DNA of 64,000 bases from the human T2T-CHM13v2.0 reference genome, Homo sapiens, in the NCBI RefSeq assembly GCF_009914755.1, contig NC_060930.1; one strand, written 5' to 3'. Below, piece by piece: positions 15,489 through 29,617 of the stretch (the stretch's first letter is position 1; every line of letters begins with the position of its first letter). A program made the translations under genes and the position numbers. The notes under the pieces were generated by a model. That model was given only the letters and a program-made list of their open reading frames with translations. It did no database searches and was not told the DNA's origin.

Positions 15489-15870
15489 TCCCTCCCTCCC
15501 TCCCTCCCTCCCTTCCTTTCTTCCTTCCTTCCTTCTTTTCTTTTCTTCCTTTGTTTCCTTTCCTTCCTTCCCTTCCTTTCCTTTCCCCTCCCTTCCTTTC
15601 CTTCCTTCCTCCCTTCTTTTCTTTTCTTCCTTTCTTTCCTTTGTTTGTTTCTTTTCCTTCCTTTCCTTCCTTCCCTTCCTTTCCTTTCCCCTCCCTTCCT
15701 TTCCTTCCTTCCTCCCTTCTTTTCTTTTCTTCCTTTCTTTCCTTTGTTTGTTTCTTTTCCTTCCTTTCCTTCCTTCCCTTCCTTTCCTTTCCCCTCCCTT
15801 CCTTTCCTTCCTTCCTCCCTTCCTTTCCTTCCTTCCTCCCTTCCTTTCCTTCCTCCCTCCCTTCCTCTTC

Positions 15871-15904
<34 letters not shown>

Positions 15905-15910
15905 TCTTTC
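15489..15910. repeat. Polypyrimidine/polypurine (CCTT/CTTT-like) tract derived from an Alu tail
   Basis: About 420 bp almost entirely C/T on +, abutting the 3' end of a reverse Alu; contains a higher-order ~100-bp repeat. Confidence 0.95.
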
Positions 15911-16249
15911 TCAGACAGGGTGTCACTCTGTTGCCCAGGCTAGAGTAGAGTGGCACTATCATAACTCATTGCAGCCTCAAACTCCTGTGCTCGAATGATC
16001 CTCCCATCTCAGCCTCCCAAGTAGCTGGGACTACAGGTGGGCATCATGAAGCCTGGCTAATTTTTTTATTTTATTATTTTTTTTAAAGACAGGGTCTTGC
16101 TATGCTGCCCAAGTTGGTTTCAAACAATCCTGCCTGAGCCTCCCAAAATGCTGGGTTTTGCTTTCCTGACACCGGTATCTCCTGGTTCAAATAATCCTGC
16201 CTGAGCCTCCCCAAGTGCAGGGATTACACGTGTGAGCCACCATCCAGCC
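15911..16249 (-). mobile_element. AluJ with an internal duplication and insertion
   Basis: Diverged Alu dimer; aatcctgcctgagcctccc occurs twice, separated by non-Alu sequence. Confidence 0.85.
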
Positions 16250-17763
16250 CCAATTTCTTTCTTTCTTTTTTAAAATTAGGTTCTTCCTAATTACTTCTGA
16301 ATGACAGTGAATGACTTAGGCTCTTAATTTGCCTTTGAATCCAGGTATTCAGGGTGACAAGACCAACATTTGCCTGGTCTAGTTTGATAAATGACTCTGT
16401 CTAAAATGGTGTCATTAAGTACGTGCCTTGACAGGATTTGAAGTTTTTTTCTAATTCAAGATGCTAATTACAGCTTTCTTGTCCAGTTAATATTCAGCTA
16501 AAAAGTACACATGTCAGGCAGGTCAGTTTCAGATACCCATGAGGTTAATCTAGAAGCAAACTAAAGTGACCATCAAAGTATAATATTTTCAGTACATTTT
16601 GGATTTTTAAAAATGTATTTGTTTTGCTGAGACACTTCTTTGTGACTGAATCATCAGACTTAAGAGCTGGCTTTTGATTGTAGATCTCCTAGAGTCAGCC
16701 CAGACAGACTCAACAGCAGGTATAGATTCCAGGGCTGTCTACAAGAGGCCACAGTGCCAGGACAAATCATGCTGGGCGTTCCTTGGAGACGCTCATGTAC
16801 AAATGAAATAATGTTTCAAAGAACATCAAGGCCATCCTCCAGAGGAACAAGAAATGACAAAAGGACAATGTACAGATTGAGGGTCTTGGCAGAAAATCAA
16901 AGTGGCTGTCCCTACTGCTTTGATTTGATGACAATGTGGTAAGAACATTCGAGTAGCAGGATTTGTTTTTAACAACTGAGTGATTTCCTGGGTGCCAAAG
17001 CTCTGGGTCAGTGTAATGTCCTAATTTATTCAATCCTGAAAACCACTCTGAATGTGAGGTTTCTAGAAATGGCATATAAGTCTTATTTAGTCACTCTTTG
17101 TTAGTTGCTGATATCTGATTAAACAACACAAATTAACTAGCTGTTTGAATGTGTTATGAATGTCTATGTCTCCCAGAAGACACACATTTCTTGTCTGATT
17201 TTTCTTACTATGTGGAAGTTAGCATCTTATTCAATTTATTAGCCAATCAAAATCATCTGTATTTTCTACTAAAATCAATCCCCTTTTGAATTCATCTCAT
17301 GCCATTAAATAAGTAACCAGGGGAAATTCTTCTTCTTTGTTCACTCAAGGTTTAAGAAATTTGGCCAGATGAAATAGTATAAATCTTTTATGAAAAATAA
17401 CATATTCCTGTTAATTCATCTAAACTTAGTTGAAATTTAAAATATGTTAGATATTTTTCTGGACTAGTTTCATAGGTGTGTGATCTATATAGTCACATGG
17501 GACCTTATTTAATTCTTAATATTATTTGGAAAAGAGGCCATGCGTTTTTTTGTTTTTTTGTTTTTTTTTCCTGGGCCCTGCAAATTATGAAGCCAGCCTT
17601 GTTTGCTTCCAGTATTTAAATAGTACCGGTGTTTGCACAAATAAGTCTAAGAACAAAAACCACTTGAATGTATTATCTGATTTGACAAGAAAAGAGATAA
17701 ATGTTTGTCCTTAAGGAAGGTGATCCCAAGATCAGAAACTTAAATAAGGTTTTAAATCCTGTA

Positions 17764-19090
17764 TTTTGGCTTCCCTGACACCAGTATCTCCTGGTTCTCT
17801 GTATTCACTGTCTCTCTCTCTCATGCTTCTCTTCCTTCATCACTTATATGTCAGAGAATCTCAGGGCTATCTTCTCTCAATTTACCTTTATTCCTGAGTG
17901 TCATTTGCTCTTGTGGTTCCAATCCTTCTCATAAATTTATGATTTCCAAATTTATAACCCAGGTCCATACCTCTCCTTTGAGCCATGAACTCATGTACCA
18001 GACGCCTCCACTTGCAAGTTTGGAAACTCAATATCATCTTCCGTGACATCTTCCTGAAACCTCTTGATTACTGATGGGGATACAGCAGTCAAATGAAGTC
18101 TCTATACACATAGAGATTATGTTTTAGAAGAGGGAAAAGATAACCAGCACTCTGTGTGTGTGTATGTGTGAGAGAGAGAGAGATGAGAAAGTGAAAAGTG
18201 CTCTGAAGAAAAGCAAGGTGAGAGAATGAAGAAATATGTGAAAGTGTATTTCTAATAGCATTTATCTGCATTACTTTTTATCTCAGTGAATATTATGACC
18301 ATCTTCCCTTTGGCCCAAACACTAATAAACCTGGGAGTTATTGTAGCCTCCCTTCTCTTCATTATCATCATTGTTATTATTTTAAAGTTGAGGTCTCACC
18401 CTGTTACCCAGGCTGAAGTCACTAGGATTATTTTTAATGAGTTTCCTGAAGGATCTCCTGCCTCTAGTATTATACCAATGTGTCTGTCATTCTCCCCACT
18501 CAGGAAGTGCTCTTTCCTAAAAGTAAATCTGATCATTTCTGTCCTCTGAAAACACTTTAATATCTTCCACTCATCCTACAGATAAAATCTACGCTCCTAG
18601 CCATGGCTGACGAAATCTTCATTTTTCTGTGTGTGTGTGTGTTTTGTTGTTAATTATTACTTATTACCTTCTCCAGCCTCATCCATTATCACTGCAAATC
18701 CACACCTTCACTGGTGCTTCATCTATGAGGAACATTTTTCAGCTTCTCAACACTGTCTTGTTGTCTCTCATTTCTGAGCTGTCACATCTTTCTCCTTCTC
18801 CACCTAACTCTTAGACTTCTTTAGTGTCAACATCACTTTCTTCTGAAAGCCTTCTCTGAGTCCCCCAAGTTAATTTCAGTTAGTGTTTTTTGTATGTGCA
18901 TGCTATAGCACCCTGTTCCTCATTTCAGTTTTAGCATTTATTCACCTTAATTTGTACTGCATCTTCAATTGCCTACATTTTACTGGGCGTGAACTCCATA
19001 AAGGCAGACCCTACATATATCTTGCTTATGTTTATCTCTCTAGCATTAGCTTAGTGCCTAGCATAGGGCAGCTGAGTACTGAATGCGTGT
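17764..19090. mobile_element. L2 relic (interrupted by GT/GA repeat and a short Alu fragment at ~18385-18420)
   Basis: L2-like motifs (…cttccctgacaccagtatctcctggttc…, …aaactcaatatc…, 3' end gtgcctagcatagggcagctgagtactgaatg); boundaries approximate. Confidence 0.55.
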
Positions 19091-21565
19091 GTGCTTTTTT
19101 AATGTGTGTTTCACTCTGAATTCCTTCTGAATCTAAATGACATTATGTATATGTTAATGTAGTAATATATAAATAACAATGATAATGGCTATTGGACACA
19201 TCATTTTTTTTTCTAGGAAGAATAGTGGAATGATTCAATTATTTCAGATTGCATTTCAGCTTTGGAGACTGCATTTATTTTGCAAAAGCTACTTGTGTTA
19301 GTCCCAAAATTAATCTGCCTAGCCTGGAGGCAGGTACCTGCTATGCTGTCTGGAGAAGTCACATGAAAATAGTCAAGATATTTTTTTCCTTCAAGGAGTG
19401 TTTTCTTATGAAACCAATGCCTCTCTCTCCCTCTCCACGAAGCGGAAATTAATTTTATAACTGGTATTCTTGAAAGTCTGTATAAATGGAAGGCACTATT
19501 TTAAAGTAGGGTTTCATCTGAGTGCATGTGATTAAAACTACTCTTCATCTAGAAATTAGAAACATGGCAGATAGCAAATTTGGATTTTCTTATACATCTA
19601 CTTAAACTTAATTTCTCCAAAAAAGCTATGAGTCATTTATTTTTGTGGAATCCTTTTTTTATTGTATCACAAAGCCTAAATTTAAAAAATGTTGCATATG
19701 AGTTTAATATCATTAACATTTAAACTGTTCTTGATTAAAGTATGTTAAAATGTCTTTGTTTTGCAAGATGCATTAATTAGAATAAGGATCCAAACATCAA
19801 GCTAAAGCATTCTCTAATTTGAAGAGATTATTTTAAGAAAATGATGAACAAAGTCCAGCATCATTGGAACATATTTGCCTGATATATTTTATGCACTTAT
19901 TCCACTTATGTTTATAATAACTATTCGGTATGTTTGGGCTTTTGTTCAGGTTGCTTTTAGAGCAACCTGAAAAAAAAAATTGTAATATTTACTAGAATTT
20001 TGTTTAAAGTGAAGTAGCTATATTATTAAGTGTATGTTTCTAATCATGACCTCAATTTTTAAAGAATCTTGTGTTTAAAGATTTAATAATTGAGGATATA
20101 AAAATGATATCCTGAAGAGTTCCTGAAATATTTGAAGCATTAAAGTAATGTTTGATATAAATGAGCACCTGTTGAAGTTCTATAGTATTCAATTGGAAGA
20201 ATAATATCTTCTACACTTACCTCAAATTCTTTTTTATGATAAAGTTGGATATAAAACCTAAAACAACTATTCTAGTTTACAACATCTAGTCATGACAGAT
20301 AATTGTCAAACTGTGTTTTAGTTTACTACAGCATGTCTTTATGGCCAAATGACTTCTGGGAGTGTCGTCCTCTGAAGTTGAGCTTCCTACTCACAACTCT
20401 GCTCAAGACAGAAAGAAAGCATATTAGTCCTGTTCCAAATGAGCCCCATTCTTAGCAAGTGCTGCTGTAATTTAATTTAGGTTTGGGCCTTCACTTGCAG
20501 GAAATAGACATGATGTTAATTAACAGAACAATGCTTGTGGAAAAGCTTTATGATACTACTTGATTAACCACATTCCTTTTGATGTTCATTTTTGGAAAAT
20601 AATTGTTTATGTCTCCTGACACAGTAGATAAGATGGCATGCATGGCTGGTGTTTGTAGGTGTCCAAAGGGATTGTCTTTAGACTGATGTGGCTTTTAGGC
20701 AATTCTTTTTATGTAACCTAGCAATCTTGGTGCCTAACTCCTACTTCTGGTTGACTTTACATATGAAAAGAGGGGAAATTTGTAAACTTCTGAGAAATTA
20801 GAAGTAACTCAGGTAAACATTGAATACTATCTAGAATTCAGAAGAAATAACTGCTACTTTTAATTGAAATTTTAATTTGCTTTTGGTCCATTAATTCTGC
20901 GGTTTATCAGCACAATACTTTTATAATTCTTACATATCAATCATGAGTAAAATTGTGCTTTAGTTATTTAATTTTCTTCCAAACAGTAATCAATTCACCT
21001 TTTTTTCTCCTTAAGAGAGTATTCTTCTCACAGAATGTAGAAATATAAAAAAGAAAGGTAAACTTTTCTGTAATCCCATTACCATTATAAACATTTTGGA
21101 TTTATTATGATCTCTCTTTCTTTCTTTATGTATTTATGGAGATAGATGGATAAGATATACTTAATATGACAGTCATAAGCTATATTTTGTTTTACACCTA
21201 AATAATGTACATTTTAAGAATATGCATAGTTGAAATACATTTATTTGTTAAAATAATGAGGTATATCTATTAATTCTAACTTGGAAAAATATATTCTTAG
21301 ATTTTTTTAAAGCAAATTATTGTATATTTGACTTTTGATTAAAATAATAAAAATAAACACAATATGTGTGTGACTGGGTCTATGTAGGCCCACACTGTTG
21401 AGAATAATTACCTCTGAGGAAGTCAGGAGCATGGGTGGTGGGATCTGAAATGTTTTACTAGATATAATTCTGTACTATTACAATGCATTATAATAGGAAT
21501 ATATTATTTTATGAGTATGGAAATGTTAACATCCATCCTTATGTCATAAATATAGGTCTAGATAA

Positions 21566-21878
21566 TTATTTTATTTTTATTTTTATTTTTTTTTGAAACA
21601 GGGTCTGCCTCTGTCACCCAGGCCGGAGTGCAGTGGTGCAATCTCAGCTCACTGTTAACTTGTACCACACAGGCTCAAGTGATCCTCACACCTCAGCCTT
21701 CCAAGTAGCTGGGACCACAGGCATGCGCTACCATGCCTGGCTAATTTTTGTATTTTTAGTAGAAATGGGGTTTTACCATGTTGCTCTGGCTAGTCTCAAA
21801 CTCCTGGGCTCAAGTGATCTACCCATCTTGGCCTCCCAAAGTGCTGGGATTACAGGCATGAGCCACTACACTCACCCT
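21566..21878 (-). mobile_element. AluJ
   Basis: Diverged dimeric Alu with ggctcaagtgatcc AluJ signature. Confidence 0.88.
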
Positions 21879-23428
21879 GTATAATTTTAATAGTGTTATT
21901 TATTTATAGAAACACAACATAAATTGCTTAACCTTGTTGAGAAACATTAAGGCTGCTGCATTTTCAAGTAATATAAGCCATGTTGTCATGCACACATCTG
22001 TAAATGCATCCATGTACATTTTTCCTTTTTTGTTCCATGGAATAAGTTTCTCAAGTCAAACTACAATGTCCCAACTGGTGTTTGACATGCATTTTCAGAC
22101 TGTTCTCCCCAGTGATATTACCACCTTTTTCTAGCACCTAATCATAGCTGCTAGCACATCATTATTCATCTGTGTCTGGTGAGCAAATTATGGTTTCTCT
22201 CACCTAGAAATGTTATGGATTCTCTCTCACCTCTAGATGAGGAAAGTAAATTTTTATCATCAAGAGAGGACATAGAATGAAAGCTGTCTTCCATAATCTT
22301 TGTTTCATAATGCACATTGTATTATGTTAATATGAGGGACACTGAACTCTAAAATAGATGCCTAAATCATATTGTTTAGGCACACAGCTATATATCACAG
22401 TAATTTCTATTATCTAAACCTCATGGTTTAGATAGAAAAAACCCACAATCTTTGGAATTTAATAGCCTGGGTTTAGATTTTAGGTGTGCCCATTACTCAG
22501 TGCTTTGAGCCTTGGCTCCTTGGCATGTATTGTTTATATCATGAGATTGTTAAAGAAAATTAAGTTAAATAATATCTTAAAGTGCCTACTGCAGTGCCAT
22601 GTGGTAGGTATTATAGAAAGTAACCTTGTGGCTAAATAACTTCTTTGTGAAATATTTACTATTTTTCTGATTTAAAAAAAGACAGATTATCATTTAGGAT
22701 ATATAGTTAAAAACTGACCTAAGAGGCTAAAATTATAGCTGATATGCTTATTATTGCTCTGATTTTTTTATATCTGTACTAAACTTCATGCTTTTAACTT
22801 TTGGTTAAGGGTATTCCTTCTGGTTTGGTTAATTTCAAAAGTATAAGAAAATAAAAGTAAACTTTAATCTTCTACCTTGCATGATGGATATGTGTAATAT
22901 CTTTGTACTGTTTTCCTTGGAAAAAAAAGTAGATACAAATGCCCAAGTATACAGTATGTTGAATTTTGCTCACCATTTGACATAAATGAAAGTATCTTTG
23001 TAGTAATTTTTCTTTCAAAATGCAATAGAATGTGTATATTCATTGGGTAGCCTTTAAGAGGTCAGAAAGAAAAGACACTAAAGGATATACAATTGCAGAA
23101 GAGGGAAGTGGAGGAGTTTAGAGTCAGGAATGCAGAGGAAGAGAAGAAATATTATCTGATGCTGTGAACCCTGGAAATACAGAAGTCTACTCAATAGTTA
23201 AGAGCCCTTTGCTGAGCTTCATTGGACATACTCAGGTGCTATGATAGCTATTTGAGTAAATGTATGCTTTATAGGAGTCTCTTCTCCTGGATTCTCAAAT
23301 CTAGCCCACAAGATAAACTCAAGGTTAAGATTAAACAAATTATGAGTATCTTTTTGAGTTTCTTTCTAAATAAATGTATATACTTGTTTGTTCCAAATAA
23401 CGAGGAAAGAATATTTTATGCTATAGCC

Positions 23429-23871
23429 TGTCAACCTAAGTAACAGTGAGAGAGGCCCTCTAAAAGAAAAGGTATTTATTTGAAAATAAAGCATTGTAAT
23501 GGGAATATGCACGTCAAAGTAAACTATGCACATAGTTAGGGAGGTAAAGGAAGACAGAGGTTTTCAAAGAGAAAAAGCAGGAAGATTATATAATTCTTCT
23601 GAAATAATTACCTTTGGCTACAGAGACCAATAACAAGGTTATCGCCAGTCCGAGGTTAGACAGGCAGTTGCTGGGCAAATGCCCTTGTAGAAATATGTTT
23701 TTGTGTAAGGTTCTGATGGCCTTTGTGCAAGATTGTGGATTTTGTATTTTTTTGTTATCAGACATACAAGAATGGTAACCTTCTCTTTACAGTGTTCTCT
23801 GGTTCTGCCAGGGCTTTTTGTTTGTTCATTTTTTAACATTAGTGACTCATTTGATTTTGACACCTTTCACA
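23429..23871 (-). mobile_element. Solo LTR, ERV1 (MER4-group)-like
   Basis: TG…CA termini (tgtcaacc…ctttcaca), near-identical 4-bp flanks agcc/agtc, reverse AATAAA (tttatt); exact family not determined. Confidence 0.6.
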
Positions 23872-24949
23872 AGTCTATCGTTACTGCCTTGTTTTTTCTG
23901 AAATGTCTTTTTTGTTTTTTCTAGTGATGATTCTTATGCTTTTAAAAACATTTCTAACATCCTCCTGTTGCTTATTTATCTGTGGAGTTGCTGTTCATTC
24001 TGGTTTTCCTCTGAGTCCTTGCCCATACGTCACCACCCTGTCTTACCTTGGCTGCAGCTGTTGCTAGTCATCAGATGAAGCAGGTGAAGGTTATCAAACT
24101 GTTATTTTTCCTGAGTAAAGTGTCATCACCTCACCTACTGCTCTTTGTCTTCTTTGAATTAATTTCCTAAATGGCATACGATTCAGTGCAAAAAAATTGT
24201 TGTTGTAATGAAAGTCTTTTATGTCCTGGTTGGTGATTTATAATTGGTTTCATCAAGTATAAAACTCAGAAGTATAAATGTCAAGAGTTAACTGATACAG
24301 CTTAATTGGTCATTTCCAATTTTGATGTCAGTCTATTGACCTACCGGCTAAAAGGGCATTGTAGAGTATTAGTTGGCATTTGTTTTTGGAGTCCTTTATG
24401 ATTTCTTTCTTATTAGTGTTCACAGCAGTGTACCATTAAAGTTTTTGGCTTCAGTACACATTCTGATTATTCCTGAACCTGCATAGTCACAATAGGAAGG
24501 GTAGTGTTGATTCAAACAAAATTCAGATCCATGTATTTTTGGCAGGTATAGTGTGTTCTTCTGCACCAACTCACATATTCCATTTTGTGCCTTTACAAAA
24601 CTATAGGAATAGTTTAGTGATTGCCTAAAATTTTCCTAGTAAATTGAATGTTTTTCTACAAAAATGTCTTAAAAATCAGAAGATAATATATTCAGTAAAT
24701 TTATTTTATGTACCTATTATATTGTCTAGTACTTTAATATGTATAATTATTTATGGTTTGATTTTATACACATCTCATTTTCCTTAAATGTATATTCCAA
24801 CTTATATGGAGATAAAAGTAATGATATCACTTTGCCTTGAAGAAACTAAACTCTAAGACTGTTATCATTTGATTCTTTCATTTTGAGCTGTCTAAAATTT
24901 TATAAAATTAGTTAAGAGCAAAAAGAAGCATATTAGTTATCTTTCTTTT

Positions 24950-25731
24950 TTTTCTTTTTTCATTAAAAATTTTTATTCAGTGCAACGGGTTGTATAACTT
25001 TTATAGACAAAAAGTACAAATAGCTAGTGTGGTTTGATTTAAATTTCTATTTGAATTAAACATTTGAATACTTTTTCACTTGCAATTTATCCTTTTAGAC
25101 AAATTTCTGGAACCTTCATTTAAATGAACACAGATGTAAGAAATAAAGCGGTTATGGAAGCCCAGTTCTGGACTCATTATTAACCCATTTATGCCTGAGG
25201 TTGCAATTTTTTGAATTTTTATTTTGTTTTATTTTATTTTTATTTATTATTATTTTTTATTATTATTATACTTTAAGTTTTAGGGTACATGTGCACAATA
25301 TGCAGGTTTGTTACATATGTATACATGTGCCATGTTGGTGTGCTGCATCCATTAACTTGTCATTTACATTAGGTATATCTCCTAATGCTATCCCTCCCCC
25401 CTCCCCCCACCCCACAACAGTCCCTGTTGTGTGATGTTCCCCTTCCTGTGTCCATGTGTTCTCATTGTTCAATTCCCACCTATGATTGAGAACATGCGGT
25501 GTTTGGTTTTTTTGTCCTTGCGATAGTTTGCTGAGAATGATGGTTTCCAGCTTCATCCATGTCCCTACAAAGGACATGAACTCATCATTTTTTATGGCTG
25601 CATAGTATTCCATGATGTATATGTGCCACATTTTCTTAATCCCGTCTATCATTGTTGGACATTTGGGTTGGTTCCAAGTCTTTGCTATTGTGAATAGTGT
25701 CGCAATAAACATACGTGTGCATGTGTGTTTA
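24950..25731 (-). mobile_element. 5'-truncated L1PA4-like insertion carrying a ~260-bp 3' transduction
   Basis: L1 3' end at 25221-25734; 16-bp TSD tagttatctttctttt at 24934-24949 and 25732-25747 encloses extra sequence and a second poly(A). Confidence 0.88.
25184..25220. mobile_element. MER85 (piggyBac/PGBD3-derived MITE) terminal fragment
   Basis: TTAA (25180-25183) followed by CCCATTTATGCCTGAGGTTGCAATTTTTTGAATTTTT, matching the recalled MER85 end. Confidence 0.8.
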
Positions 25732-26917
25732 TAGTTATCTTTCTTTTAAAGTACAGGATAATTTGTCTTCAAACATAGCTGGATCCAGGTGCCCAAAGAA
25801 AGTCCTTATCAACAGGTTCCTCTTCTCCCACTTCCTCTCTTTTCTCTACTGGCTTCATTCTCAGAGGGAGATATAAAGGTGGCATCAAGGTTTATAATCC
25901 ACCAGTCTGGGACCCCACAAGAAAGAAAGTACCTCTTTCCTAATGGCTTCCTCAAAAAGCTTGGGTTTAACTAATGAGCTGAGCTTGTTTCACTTGGCCA
26001 TGCCTGAAGCAATAGCTGTGACAAGGCCTGAAATATATGTTTATACCTGGAGCTAGGAGATTAAAGCAGGAAATGGACTGAAGTGGAAGAGGATTCTGCT
26101 GCAGTAAGAAGAGATGTTGAGAAGGCAGAACAACAGTTCCCACTGAAGATGCCACTGAGTTACTAGGACCATACTCCTGGTCTTCTGAGTTCCATATTCT
26201 ACTCTTTGAGTCTTTCACATGGATCAGTTCTAAGATGAAGTAAGAATAAACTTAAATAAATCCTTTAATGTTTATCCTCTAAAAGGACAAGAATATTTTA
26301 ATAGCCTGAAAGCAGATGTTGGGAATCTCAGAAAATGAATAAAGTATAATCTTGAAAAAAACTAGTGAAACTTCTGGTTTGATCTCTTCCCTAATGCCAC
26401 CATTCCTCTCAACTTTTGATTCTTTAGCTTTTTTCCACTCCTTTTATTTTTTGAAGCTATTGATGTTGCTAGAAAAATCTTTGAAGCAAAGACTACTCTC
26501 TAACATTAATAGATAGGAACTACTCCAGATGAAATTAAGTACCCTTCTATTACCCTGCATATGGCATTGCATTAAAATTTTGGTTTACTTGTTTGTCCCA
26601 CTCACATACTGTAAGTACTCCAAAGAACTAAATCATCTTTGATTTCCAAGTTTTATTGCCCAACCACATAATTGTATTTGTTGTCAGTAACACATTAATA
26701 ACATAAGTGTTGTTGAATGACCAAATCAAACTGTAATGCACTTACAGACACAGGAAACAACACAATGAGAAAGTGTATGTTCATATGGGGCAGGGATATT
26801 CAAGAGAACTAAGAATGAGCAAGCAGAGGCATTTCCTCATGGCAATAAAACAATAATTAGTTAAAGCAATATATTTTCAAAATAGGAAACATTTATGTTA
26901 ATTAAAATAGTGAAGAG

Positions 26918-27301
<384 letters not shown>

Positions 27302-29227
27302 TTAAAAAACAAAACCAAAAACTCTGTCCCATCTAAATTGATATTATCAGTTGTTAACATACTTGAGATTTTCAGTTAAGTTGTTTTATAATTATGACAT
27401 ATTTAAAAAGCTTTATAATTCATACTTTTATAAATTTATCTAACTTTATTCTTACAACAACTCTGTGAGGTAGCTTACCATATTACTTAAAGGTGAGGAA
27501 AATGAAGCTAAGAAAGATAACATGACTTCCCATTGCCACTAAGAAATTAAAAAGCTAAAACTCTAAATCTCATATTCTTTCTATGAAAATTGTACTTTTT
27601 CAAAATTTTATGACAAGTTGCTACTACAATTATTGTAGAGTAATGAGCACAAGATAGAAAGCTAAACACAATAAGAACATAAAAAGTCATAAAAGATGCA
27701 TATTGATATGTTTTGTTTGCATATGTATTGTTTCATTTTTTTCAGAATATCTCTCTAACTTTTTAAGTCTTTTTCAAATCATGCTTACAGATGGCCTTTG
27801 CTATAATTTAATTTTTAGGTTATCAGTTTTTATTGGCATTTGGAATTAATACTTACGTGAATATTTGAACTCATGGACCTAAATTTCTAGTGTATTTTTG
27901 GTTTGCATACACCTAGGTCCCAAATTTAGAAAAAAATCACAGTCTGTTAACACCGTAAAAATCTATTTTAATTCATCATATTGAAAAAGGTAAATATAAA
28001 CAACATTGATGAATATAAATTTTTAAATGCAAGTACCTAATCTGAGCTGCAAATATCAAGATAATTGGATGTATTGGAGACCAGCTGGAAGTGCAAAGAA
28101 TACTTCCCCTTGGTATTGACTCTTCTCTAAATCAATAGCGGTTCCAAATGTAGTAAAAAGCGGACAAGATTTAACAGGTTCTAAATTATTAAGGCCAGTG
28201 CATTGTTGCTAGAGAGTTCATTAACAATCTCATCAATACAATGTGGTTCATGGACATTAGTAAGAGCTTTGTGTAACATTTTAAAACAGAATGAGATATC
28301 TCAATGGACTGATCTTAGTAAAAAAAATTTAATTAGGTAAGAATAATTACATTAGTTAAATGGAACTTTTAATTGAAAACTTGTTGGCATTTTCTTACCT
28401 GCTTCACAGCTGTCCTTTAATCATTTATATTTAAAAAGTGAAGAGTTTCTGTACATGATGTTTGAAAATTATCTAAACATCTTGGACTTTTTGTATAAAC
28501 GTTTAAAGGAGTTTAGATAATGTGGCAGTAAAAACAAATAGGATTTTCTGCTTGCGGAATGGTACATTTAAAAGATATATATATCAGAAAGAAAAGTTAT
28601 AGAGAAAATATGTATGGTAAGTATATACTATTCTTGGGAAAAAGGCAAAGTAGTCATTTTCTGAAGCTTTAACATTTATAACTTTAAAACTTCATGTATT
28701 GAACATCATTCCTTATGAAGCTTTAAAATCTTACAGGGAAATAATACTGTTTATAAAATTATCTTGTTAAAGAAAATGGTATCCAACAAGAGTTTTTGAA
28801 AGAATGAAAGCCCGTATTTGTGTAAGATAAACATAAAGGGCCAATGGAAACTCTTATTGTTAAAATTAGTGTCAGCCACATTTTAGGCTGTATTTACTGG
28901 TTGTTGTTCAAAATAAGCTAATTGGCAATCACTATTTTTTGGTAGCTTTCAGCTTAAGCCAGAGAGCACTGGTTTGGAGAGACATAGACATTTATTCAAA
29001 TTCACAGGAACACTAAACAAATGGATTTGTTAATTATTCATGACATTAATTCTGGCCAAGACAGTTTCTTATCTGAATCTCAGCAACCACTATCACTCAG
29101 TGCTGCCTACTTTACTTGATCTTCAGAACATTGCTGAATTTGAATATTCTTCCTAATTCATCAATTTGTCTCTTCCTTTCAGCCCTCATGGGTACTCAAT
29201 GACACACATGTAGAGACAAAAATCTTT

Positions 29228-29617
29228 ATATATATATGTGTGTATATATATGTATATATATGTGTGTGTGTATATATATACACACACACACATTACTGTA
29301 TAGTTTATTTATAATAAACTATAAATTCATTTAGAAACAAGACAGAGGCTGTACTCACATTCCCCGCCCCGGTCTGAGCTGCTGACAGATTTGGCTCATT
29401 GTATTTCTAGGAGGTAATACATTCTAGCTGTATGGCAAAGTGTGAAGATACAGATTTCTTCATATATATATGGAAACAATATATATATGTGTGTATATGG
29501 AAATTATATATGTGTATATATATGGAATATAGATATATATATATGGAGAGAGAGAGAGAGAGATGTGGTCTTACTTTGCCACCCAGGCTGGAGTGCAGTG
29601 GCACTATCTTGGCTCAC
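29228..29617. repeat. (TA/TG/CA/GA) microsatellite complex with a truncated reverse Alu end (29563-29617) and an embedded 128-bp duplicated segment
   Basis: Dinucleotide runs flank 29318-29445; Alu text cccaggctggagtgcagtggc follows. Confidence 0.8.

Noticed and set aside
15444-15998. Long F/L/P/S-rich and K/R/E/G-rich ORFs (130-184 aa)
   Set aside because: Artefacts of the stop-free CT/GA simple repeat.
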